Shown here one piece after another: positions 53,262-64,000 of a stretch of DNA of 64,000 nt; positions within the stretch are counted from its first letter, which is position 1, and each line of letters begins with the position of its first letter. The notes beneath the pieces were generated by a model. That model made no database searches and was not told the DNA's origin. It saw only the letters and a program-made list of their open reading frames with translations. Origin of the DNA: Octopus vulgaris (lineage: Eukaryota); assembly GCA_951406725.2 (NCBI GenBank), contig OX597814.1:156860001-156924000 (forward strand), written 5' to 3'. The position numbers and the translations under genes were made by a program.

Positions 53262-53923
53262 GTGTATATGTGTATGCATGTATGTGTGTGTGTGTGCGTG
53301 TCTGTGCTTGTGATTGTCCTCCACCACTGCTTGACAACGAATGTTGGTTTGTTTACATCCCTGTCACCTAGTGGTTTGACAAAGGAAACAGATAGAATAA
53401 GTACAATGCTTACAAAAATAAAACTGGAGTTGATTCATTAAACTACAATTCTTCAAGGCATTGCCCCAGCATGGCCACAGACCAATGGCTGGAAAAAGCA
53501 GAAGAATAAAAGAATACATTCTCTGCTTTGGTCTTATGTTCAAGGCATGAGAAAGCTTGAGTTTACATGAGAAGGCCTAACAGACCTGGTAGAAACAGCA
53601 GCCAAATCTCCCTCAAATCACACCTTACTGTGTTATGTATGTATATATATATGAACCAATGAGGGGGACCTCTACATGGTAGCTAGACCTGGTAGAAATA
53701 GCAGCCAAATTTCCCCCAAATCACACCTTACTGTCTTATCTATGTATATATGTATGTATGAGCCTATGAGGGAGACCCCTACATGGCAGCTAGACATGGT
53801 AGAAATAGCAGCCAAATCTCCCTCAAATCACACCTTACTGTCTTATCTTTCTGCTACTTATATTCGTCGTAAAAAACTTTCCTGTCACACACACGCACAC
53901 ACACACACACACACGCACCCTCA

Positions 53924-53974
<51 letters not shown>

Positions 53975-54179
53975 GTTAGCTTACAATTTTATTTATATAT
54001 TTGCGTGTCTATGTGTGGAAAGAGGAAGTGGGAGGCAGAGTGAAAGAATCACTCACTACAGTAAGTAAATTACTTTCATTTTATTCGTTGCCCACTGTGT
54101 GTGTGCGTTTGCGTGTGGTGTAAACCAGACTAAGAAAAGCATTTGACACACACACCAGAATGTGAGTTTTCTGTAAATT
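52397..54179 (-). mobile_element. Composite Helitron copy B, 5'-truncated, with an extra ~280 bp (53473-53750)
   Basis: CTAG and hairpin at 52397-52424; colinear with A and C; ends abruptly at ctgtaaatt. Confidence 0.88.
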
Positions 54180-54287
54180 ATATTGTATTATATTATATTA
54201 TAATATATTATATTATATTATATTGTTTTGTATCATATTATATTATAATATATTATATTATATTATATTGTATTGTATCATATTATA

Positions 54288-55130
54288 TCTCTTACTAGCA
54301 GTATCGCCCGGCGTTGCTCGGGTTTGTAAGGGAAATAATTATATAAGCATTTTTAGAGATGTAAAGTATAATAGCCATCTCAATATGGCTAACCACAAAG
54401 GGGGAGGGGTGTTACTGTAGCTTTTTACGTTCTGAGATTTAATAATAAATTTTAGAGAGTTACTTCCCTTATATATGTCAAAAACGGATTAAAAATGGGA
54501 AAAATTGATGGTAAAATTTTTTTTTAAATCGTAGACTCATCGTAGACGCGCGCTAATACCCAGACGGTCTCGATATGAATCACGACTATAAGATACCCGG
54601 TTTTGGTTAAACTGCACCGCAAAATGTGGGAGTAGTTAGGAATCTAAATCGTAGGAGACAGACACACAACCTCACTTTTATATATAAAGATTTCCTCTAT
54701 TTACATAATATTGAGGTCTCTTTCTTTCTTTTGTTATCTTACTGTTTTTACCAATATACATATATATATATATATAAATATATATATAGTTACAGAGATG
54801 TACTTGCATAGCAAGTGACTTGATCTGAGATCGTGTGCTGGAACGAAAACAGTTGCAGCGTTGAAGGTGTTTATAAGTCATTTAAGAAACACACAAAAAC
54901 CGTTAGATTCACTTCAACATTTAAATTTAATTTGTCAAAATATTTTCGTCGCTTTGAGACCACGACCTGTTAAGCACGATATTTTTGTCAGTGAACAGGT
55001 CGCGGTCTGAAAGCGACGAAAATATTTTGGCAAATTAAATTTAAATGTTGAAGTGAATGTAACGGTTTTTGTGTGTTTCTTAAATGGCTTACAAACACCT
55101 TCCACGCTGCAATATATATATACACATATA

Positions 55131-55166
<36 letters not shown>

Positions 55167-55543
55167 TGTATGTGTGTATATGTGTATGCATGTATGTGTG
55201 TGTGTGTGCGTGTCTGTGCTTGTGATTGTCCTCCACCACTGCTTGACAACGAATGTTGGTTTGTTTACATCCCTGTCACCTAGTGGTTTGACAAAGGAAA
55301 CAGATAGAATAAGTACAATGCTTACAAAAATAAAACTGGAGTTGATTCATTAAACTACAATTCTTCAAGGCATTGCCCCAGCATGTATGTATGTATGAGC
55401 CTATGAGGGAGACCCCTACATGGCAGCTAGACATGGTAGAAATAGCAGCCAAATCTCCCTCAAATCACACCTTACTGTCTTATCTTTCTGCTACTTGGAT
55501 ATAGGTGTTATATTCGTAGTAAAAAACTTTCCTGTCACACACT

Positions 55544-55580
<37 letters not shown>

Positions 55581-57542
55581 CCTCACACACACACACACGC
55601 GCACACACACACACACACACACACTCACACACACGCACGTTAGCTTACAATTTTATTTATATATTTGCGTGTCTATGTGTGGAAAGAGGAAGTGGGAGGC
55701 AGAGTGAAAGAATCACTCACTACAGTAAGTGAATTACTTTCATTTTATTCATTGCCCACTGTGTGTGTGCGTTTGCGTGTGGTGTAAACCAGACTAAGAA
55801 AAGCATTTGACACACACACCAGAATGTGAGTTTTCTGTAAATTTTGCTTAATTGGAGTTTAAATTTTAAAAACTGGACCTGGTATGACGCGATGCATTGT
55901 ACTCTTAAAAATGCTAGGTAAATTGTAATTGAAGAAATCCTATATTGTAGATTTGTATAACTCCCAAAGGGAGGCAGATAAAATCTGCCTTTTATAATAA
56001 GAGATTATAAAAGGCAGATTTTATCTGCCTCCCTTTGGGAGTTATACAAATCTACAATATAGGATTTCTTCAATTACAATTTACCTTGCATTTTTAAGAG
56101 TACAATGCATCGCGTCATGCCAGGTCCAGTTTTTAAAATTTAAACTCCAATTAAGCAAAATTTACAGAAAACTCACATTCTGGTGTGTGTGTCAAATGCT
56201 TTTCTTAGTCTGGTTTACACCACACGCAAACGCACACACAGAGTGTGCGACGAATAAAATGAAAGTAAATAGCGACAGAGTGATTTGAGGAAGACTAAAG
56301 TGAAAGTATTTAAACCACTACTCAAAAAATAAAAAAACACAGCAAACAGAAACAAATAAATACACAATTTCTTCAATTAGAGTTTACCTAAGATTTTTCA
56401 GAGTACTTCAGTGGGTGATGCCATAAAACATTTCTTTCAATTTTACCACCAATTAAGACAAAATTCGAGAAAACTCAATATTTTAACATATCACTCCGAA
56501 AGCATTGATGTACATGTGTGCGTGCGTGAGTGTGTGTGTGTCATTCCTCACACACACGCATACACATACATATACAACTACATACAACTACATACACATA
56601 CAACTACATACAAACACGTGTGTGTTTGTTATTAGTAAAAAAGGCGCCAAAACTCAACTCACTTATCATTCCAACACATTTGCAAAGACATACGGACGGA
56701 CAGAAAAGGTAAATTGGTTTTTATTTTACTCTGTATATATTTTATTATATAATATTATATATAGATATATGTATATATAATTGCAGTATGAAACAGTGTT
56801 TATGTATAAACAGACGACACTTATATATAGTTACCAAGCCGCCCGAATTTACCTATTCATATTTAAATGAGAATATCAGAGCAAATCTCTTTAGTACATT
56901 CGTGAAAACACGTATTATACTTCGTAAACACTTCAACTACAGTTTTGTACAAAAATCGAAGTGTAATTTTAATTCCGTGAATTATGGGAGATTTTTTTCC
57001 GAAATTTGTTCCTATTGTCTTTTCAAAATTTGTAATTCTGACAAAAAATGGATACGAATTTCATTATATCAAGCAGCGAGTCAGAATTCGAAGGATTTTC
57101 TACTGAAGACCTTCATAAATCTAACTCTATGACTGAAAAAAAAAAGCATCTTTATATAAGAGTGAAGTTGTGTGTCTGTATCCTACGATTTAGATTCCTA
57201 ACTACTCCCACATTTTGCGGTGCAGTTTAACCAAAAGCGGGTATCTTATAGTCGTGATTCATATCGAGCCCTTCTGGGTATTAGCGTGCGTCTACGATGA
57301 GTCTACGATTTAAAAAAAATTTACCATCATATTTTTCCATTTTAATGCATTTTTTCGCTTTTATATGAGAGAAGTAACTCTCTAAAAATATCTACGATGT
57401 GTCAACGATTTAAAAAAAAATTTACCTTAATTTTTTTCAATTTTTAATGCATTTTTTTGCTATTTTTTGGCTATAACTCTCTAAAAATGCTTATATAGTT
57501 ATTTCCCTTACAAACCCGAGCAACGCCGGGCGATACTGCTAG
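54288..57542 (+). mobile_element. Composite Helitron copy D (54288-54294 + 56005-57542), different internal cargo
   Basis: Removing C rejoins A|TCTCTTA + TTATAAAAGGCAG. Internal 5'-like end at 57149; hairpin and CTAG|T at 57515-57542. Confidence 0.85.
54295..56004 (-). mobile_element. Composite Helitron copy C, full length, nested in D
   Basis: CTAG at 54295-54298; 5' TC at 56004-56003; A|T target on its own strand. Confidence 0.9.
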
Positions 57543-57747
57543 TTATAATATATTATATTATATTATATTATATTGTGTTATATTATATTATATTGTATTA
57601 TATTGTATTATATTATATTATATTATATTATATTATAATATATTATATTATATTATATTGTATTGTATCATATATTATAATATATTATATTATATTATAT
57701 TGTATTGTATCATATTATAATATATTATATTATATTATATTATATTG
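57543..57747. repeat. (TATTA)n/(TATTG)n microsatellite; further pieces at 52278-52396 (inverted), 54177-54287 and 59799-59900
   Basis: Directly visible. Confidence 0.92.
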
Positions 57748-59797
57748 TGGCACACAAGAATCCATCCGAACGTGGCCGTAGTCAGTACTGCTTGTGGTAC
57801 CAGTGCCGGTGGCACACAAGAATCCATCCGAACATGGTCGTAGTCAGTACCGCATCACTGGCCATCGTGCTGTGGGCACATAACAAACACCATCCGGTCG
57901 TGGCCGTTCACCAGCCTCATCTAGCACCTGTGTCGGTGGCACATAAAAAGTAGTCAGTACCGCTTGTGGTACCAGTGCCGGTGGCACACAAGAATCCATC
58001 CGAACATGGCCGTAGTCAGTACCGCATCACTGGCCATCGTGCTGTGGGCACATAACAAACACCATCCGGTCGTGGCCGTTCGCCAGCCTCATCTAGCACC
58101 TGTGTCGGTGGCACATAAAAACACCATCCGAAGACCCGGCAAGACTAGTCAGGCCATAAACCATGGCCCCTACCTGGGACGTAGTCAGTCCACCTGTGCA
58201 TACCTTCCACCTTGTGATACTTGTGAAGGCCTGTTGAGGCAAGTGAAAATCAAAATCAAAATCAAATCAAAACAAATCAAAATAGATGAACATCAATGGA
58301 ATTTGTATCTTTGTGGTACCAGTGCCGGTGGCACACAAGAGAAAACCATCCGAAAGTGGCCGTAGCCAGTACCACATCGACTGGCCTCCGTGCTGTGGGC
58401 ACATGACAAACACCATCCGATCGTGGCCGTTCGCCAGCCTCATCTAGCACCTGTGTCGGTGGCACATAAAAACACCATCCGAAGACCCGGCAAGACTAGT
58501 CAGGCCATAACCCATGGCCCCTACCTGGGACGTAGTCAGTCCACCTGTGCATACCTTCCTTCTTGTGACACTTGTGAAGACCTGTTGAGGCAAGTGAAAA
58601 TCAAAATCAAAACAAATCAAAATAGATGAACATCAATGGAATCTGTATCTTTGTGGTACCAGTACCGGTGGCACACACTTTGTGGTACCAGTGCCGGTGG
58701 CACACAAGAGAACCATCCGAACGTGGCCGTAGCCAGTTCCGCATCGACCGGCCTCCGTGCTGTGGGCACGTAACAAACACCATCCGATCATGGCCGTTCG
58801 CCAGCCTCATCTGGCACCTGTGTCGGTGGCACATAAAAACACCTTCCGAAGACCCGGCAAGACTAGTCAGTCCACCTGTGCATACCTTCCTCTTGTGACA
58901 CTTGTGAAGACCGGTTGAGGCAAGTGAAAATCAAATCAAATCAAATCAAAATAGACAAAATAGATGAACATCAATGGAATTTGTATCTTGTGGTACCAGT
59001 GCCTGTGGCACACAAGAAATCCATCAGTGCTGTAGTCAGTGCGGTGGGCACATGACAAACACCATCCGATAGTGCGGTGGGCACATGACAAACACCATCC
59101 GATCGTGGCCGTTCGCCAGCCTCATCTAGCACCTGTGTCGGTGGCACATAAAAACACCATCCGAAGACCCGGCAAGACTAGTCAGGCCATAACCCATGGC
59201 CCCTACCTGGGACGTAGTCAGTCCACCTGTGCATACCTTCCTTCTTGTGACACTTGTGAAGACCTGTTGAGGCAAGTGATCAAATCAAAACAAATCAAAA
59301 TAGATGAACATCAATGGAATCTGTATCCTTGTGGTACCAGTGCCGGTGGCACGTGGCACACAAGAAAACCATCCGAACGTGGCCGTAGCCAGTACCGCAT
59401 CGACTGGCCTCTGTGCTGTGGGCACGTAACAAGCACCATCCGATCGTGGCCGTTTTGCCAGCCTCATCTGGCACCTGTGTCGGTGGCACATAAAAACACC
59501 ATCCGAGCGTGGCCGTCTGCCAGCCTCGTCTGGCACCTGTGTCGGTGGCACATAAAAAACACCATCCGAGCGTGGCCGTTTGCCAGCCTCGTCTGGCACC
59601 TGTGTCGGTGGCACATAAAATCACCCACTACACTCTCGGAGTGGTTGGCGTTAGGAAGGGCATCCAGCTGTAGAAACACTGCCAGATCTGACTGGACTGG
59701 TGCAGCTTTCGGGCTCCCCAGACCCCAGTTGAACCGTCCAACCCATGCTAGCATGGAAAGCGGACATTAAATGATGATGATGATGATGATGATGATC
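57748..59797 (+). mobile_element. RTE 3' UTR with higher-order tandem duplications
   Basis: gaagacccggcaagactagtcag... block (homologous to the RTE stop-codon region at ~41985-42120) recurs at ~58131, 58481, 58848 and 59163; a single terminal module and (ATG)n tail. Confidence 0.88.
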
Positions 59798-61387
59798 ATA
59801 TTATATTATATTATATTATATTATTATATTATATTATATTGTATTATATTATATTATATTGTATCATATTATATTATATTATACTATATCATATATATAT
59901 TATATGCTCAGGAACAAAATTTGAATAGTGTGTGCAAACCTGTCCCAAACTGTTTTACAGACAAGGTCTTATTGCCTTTGTTACTTATCTTTCTACTTTG
60001 CTCTTTGTTCTTTGAGAAGGACCCTAACTTCAAGCTACTTTCCATCGATCACTTGTTACGCACTGTTGTATAAACCTGAGAAAAGTAAGTAGTGGTGCAA
60101 AATCAAATTTTCCACCCAACAAAAATTTTAGGGGTTGCACTTGCAGCCCCTGCACCACCTGTTCATGAGCCCATGAATACATATATATCATATATACACA
60201 TATACATTTTCCTCATTTTTCTTTCTCTCTTTGTTCACTCGTTTTATTCATATCTTATACAAAGTACATGTGTGTGTGTGTGTGTGTGTGCATATATATG
60301 TGTGCAATAGCTGCAATCTCTACTTTCTAGTCAACAGCTGATGAAGGAGTGTTCGCTCTGCAGTGTAAGTTTTAATGTAAAGTATAATAATAGCAATGTT
60401 GAGACTTAACAAACAGGATGCAGAATTTACTACTTGAATACAAATCCATTGAAGTATAAAAAGTATAATAATTAAAATCAAGCAGTTACAGAAGAAGCTA
60501 ATACTATTCGGAATTTTCTTATTGCTTGGTCTTGAAGAAAAAAGCTCTGAAGTTAACTTTAAAAAATTATTTAAAAATGAACTTACAAAAATAATTATTC
60601 TTTCCTACTCTAGGCACAAGGCCCAAAATTTTGGGGGAGGGGGCCAGTTGATAAGATTGAATCTAGTATGCAACTAATACTTAATTAATTGACCCCAAAA
60701 GGATGAAAGGCAAAGTCGACCTCGGCAGAATTTGAACTCAGAATGTAAAGACAGACGAAATACCGCTAAGGATTTGGTCCGGAGTGCTAATGTTTCTGCC
60801 ATCTCGCCACCTTACAAAAATAATTACCATAAATAATTGTAAATTATGTACTGGTTTCAAATTTTTGCACCAAGCCAGTAAATTTGGAGGAGGATCTACA
60901 TTGATTGCGTCAATCCCAGTACTCAACTGGTATTTATTTTATCAACTCTGAAAAGATTAAAGGCAAAGTCGACCTCAGCAAAATTTGAACTCAGAACTTA
61001 AAATCAGATGAAATGCCACTAAGCATTTCGTCCAGCATGCTATCGATTTTGTCAGCTCAAAGAAGTGTTATGGCTTCATTTCCTGATGAAGAGGATTGGC
61101 CTGCAAGAGTCTTGTGTTGGTGCCATTTTAAAAGAACCTAACACACACTATAAAATGGTTGGTGCTAGGAAAAACATTTAGCCATAGAAATCAAGCCAAA
61201 TGAGACTGGAACCTGGTGCAGCTTTCTGGCTTGCTAGCTCTGGTCAAATTATCCAGCTCATGACATGGAAAATAGACTTTAAAGGAAGATGACGATGGTG
61301 ATGATGATGTGTATGTATGTATGTATGTATGTGTGTGTATATATGTGTATGCGTATATAGAGTGTTTGAAGTGGTATACAAATATTG

Positions 61388-61548
61388 TATATTAAAAAGA
61401 AGGAGGCAGTCGGAATTTTGGATAACTCTTTATCAGTGCTTTCATCCATTCAATCAAACTCTTCAAGATCTCAAAAAGTTCGGATGAATGGAAAAAGTGC
61501 CAATAAAGAATTTTTCAAATCTCTGACTGCCTCTTTCTTCTTAATATA
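61388..61548. repeat. Imperfect inverted repeat (~65-bp arms) beside TA/TG tracts
   Basis: tatattaaaaagaaggaggcagtcgg...tccattca pairs with tgaatgga...ctgactgcctctttcttcttaatata. Confidence 0.8.
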
Positions 61549-61844
61549 TATATATATGTATGTATGTGTGTATAGGTATATACAAAGAGCTTACTTTCAA
61601 AACCAGATATATGCATCAGAATAACTTTCGAGTAATTGAGGAAATTCAGTATCTAAATCTATCTGATTTTGATTGGAAGACTAAGATTCGCCTACTGTCT
61701 ATCAGGCATCTATCCCAGTTCGACTAGAATAAATTTCAAGTGTGTGAAGCAGCCAGCAGCTTGCAGATTGTGCTTGAATGGTTATCATGAAATAACAGTT
61801 TTGAAAGTAAGCTCCACACATTAATATGTATATATATGTATGTC

Positions 61845-62320
61845 GTCATCATCATCATCATCATCATCGTTTAATGTCCGCTTTCCATGCTAGCATGGGT
61901 TGGACGATTTGACTGAGGACTGGCAAACCAGATGGCTGCACCAGGCTCCAATCTTGATCTGGCAGAGTTTCTACAGCTGGATGCCCTTCCTAACACCAAC
62001 CACTCCGAGAGTGTAGTGGGTGCTTTTATGTGCCACCGGCATGTGGGCCAGTCAGGCAGTACTGGCAACGGCCATGCTCAAATGGTGTTTTTTTACATGC
62101 CACCGGCAATGACCTCGCAGCACTGGCAATGACCTCGCTCGAATGTTTTTCTCACGTGTCACCGGCACAAGTGCCAGTAAGGCGATGCTGGTAATGATCA
62201 CACTTGAATGGTGCTTTTTACATGCCACTGGCATGGAAGCCAGTTAGCTGCTCTGGCAACGATCATGCTCAGATGGTGCTCTTAGCGCTCCACTAGCACG
62301 GATGCCAGTCATCGAATTTT
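61845..62320 (-). mobile_element. RTE 3' UTR-only copy (diverged units)
   Basis: (CAT)n tail, reverse terminal module and gccaccggca units. Confidence 0.8.
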
Positions 62321-62376
<56 letters not shown>

Positions 62377-62491
62377 CAATATGCTGTGCTTGAGAAAACC
62401 CATCAAGCCAAGTGAAATCATAGTCATAGCTGATATGGTGTCACATATCTGGTACCCCTACTGGTGGCATGTAAAGAGCATCATTAGAGCA

Positions 62492-62673
62492 TTGGACCTC
62501 ACAGAGGTAAAATGGCCAAGTTCTTTTTGAGTGTTGGGACACATGGAGGCAATGTGGCAGGGTTCCTTTTGAGTGTTGAACCTGACGGAGGCAAAGTAGC
62601 TGAGTTCCTTTCGAGTGTTGGGCCTGATGGAGGCAAAGTGGCTGAGTTCCTTTCAAGCATTGGGCCTCACAGA
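62492..62673. repeat. 42-bp tandem repeat (~4.3 copies), probably the UTR of another RTE subfamily
   Basis: Unit ttgggcctgatggaggcaaagtggctgagttcctttcgagtg, preceded by an RTE stop-region-like tgagaaaacccatcaagccaagtga. Confidence 0.75.
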
Positions 62674-62823
62674 ATATATATATATGTATGTATGTATATG
62701 TATATAATATATATATATGTATGTATCTATGTATTTCTTGTATTTATAGAGTATTAAACGCTTTCAGTATGCAAATTAAGGACTCTCGTCTGTTTCTCTG
62801 GAGACTGTCAGAATGATATAGAT

Positions 62824-62866
62824 GCCTCTGATGAAAACCCAGTAAGGTTTGAAAATCAATTAAGGT
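62824..62866 (+). ncRNA. Compact minimal type I hammerhead ribozyme motif
   Basis: GCCT-CTGATGA-AAACC-CAGTAA-GGTTT-GAAAA-TCAA-TTA-AGGT. Confidence 0.6.
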
Positions 62867-63580
62867 TGTTCATCATTTCTTTCAGATGTGGAGAAATGGC
62901 TAAAATTTGCCCTGTCTATAATTATACAATTTTTACATATATATGAGTGTATGTATTTGTGTTTGTGTTGTTTTTCTCCCACCAGTATTTGACAACCAGT
63001 GTTTGTTTGTTTATGTCCCCATAGAATAAGTAAGTACCAAACTTAAAAAATTAGTAGTGATGTCAATTTGTTCATCTAAATCCATCAAGACAGTGCCCCA
63101 GCATGGTCACAATCCACTGACTGAAATGAGTAAAACAGTAAAAATATAAATGAAATAGAACTAGAATAAAGTCACGCTTTCAATACATGTGTGTGTGGGT
63201 GTGTATGTGTGTGTGGCTGGCCCATATTTGAGGTTGGATAAAAAGGTGGAGCTCTTCAACTTAAGGTATAGTTAATTGATGCATAGTTGGGAGTTTCTTC
63301 TATTATCTATTTTTTAATTAGAAGGCTAGAGATTTAGTTACATCTTTATGACCAGGTTATATTTATTTTAGGGCTTGTCTTTTATCAGCACTAGTTGTGT
63401 TATCTTAGAATTGTCTGTGTGTGTGTGTTGCTTTAACTAAATCATAAAAGCATATTGTATTTTGCTTTGTTTGATAACATGTAAAGGTCTGTAATGGATT
63501 TCATGTATTCATATAAAGTGTTTCAGAAACTATTAGTGTTATGCCTGTATCTTATCTTTTCATCATGTTGATAAGATTGA

Positions 63581-63750
63581 CACTGGCAAAGCTAGAATGT
63601 GTGCTGCCCAGAGAATCCCTTGAATCTACTAATCCCCACCCTCTTAACCCCTGTACATGCTTATAAAACTGACACAAAAGTGCTGTCTTTATAAAAGTAC
63701 CACCTAGGGCAGACTGTCCCCATCACCTCCTGCTCTCAGCTAAGCTACTG
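63581..63750. mobile_element. Old hAT-like MITE
   Basis: Degenerate TIR CACTGGCAAAGCT / AGCTAAGCTACTG; 8-bp TSD AAGATTGA / AAGATTGG. Confidence 0.55.
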
Positions 63751-64000
63751 AAGATTGGTTTCAAAATTTCCTTTGCCTTAAGTCCTTTTTATTCAAAACT
63801 TTTTATCTAAAACTTGCTTTTTATGCTTAATCTATTATCTATAGTTGATCTATTAACAGCAAACAACAACTCTGACAATATTTGACCGCAAAATTCAGGA
63901 AAACAGAACTAAGTATTGGTGGGGGAAAAAAACCCATTTAGTTCACTGATTTATTCATTCTACTACTCCATAACTTTCAAAGTTTTCACTAATATTCTAG

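Overview
AT-rich, microsatellite-dense eukaryotic DNA. The repeat families point to a coleoid cephalopod, most likely Octopus; this is an inference from recalled family features, not a search. I could not identify any intact host protein-coding exon, and most ORF-track entries are microsatellite or repeat artefacts. The window looks like intronic/upstream DNA of a probable minus-strand gene, with a consensus donor at 33908-33914 inside a CpG-retaining block at ~26-35 kb. It is filled with decayed transposons: RTE LINEs, REL-type LINE fragments (R4/Dong-like, HERO-like), a Ty3/Gypsy remnant, several tRNA-derived SINE families, MITEs and non-autonomous Helitrons. Most notable: (1) a 7-kb Helitron cluster (50588-57542) that resolves into a nested insertion plus an inverted-repeat-mediated template-switch rearrangement; (2) three minimal type I hammerhead ribozyme motifs with intact cores; (3) a TSD-bounded ORF1-only (HAL1-like) retroelement whose 3' tail is shared with a SINE; (4) an element that appears to create its own (AAT)n flanks; (5) an RTE 3' UTR carrying a hypervariable ~60-bp minisatellite.
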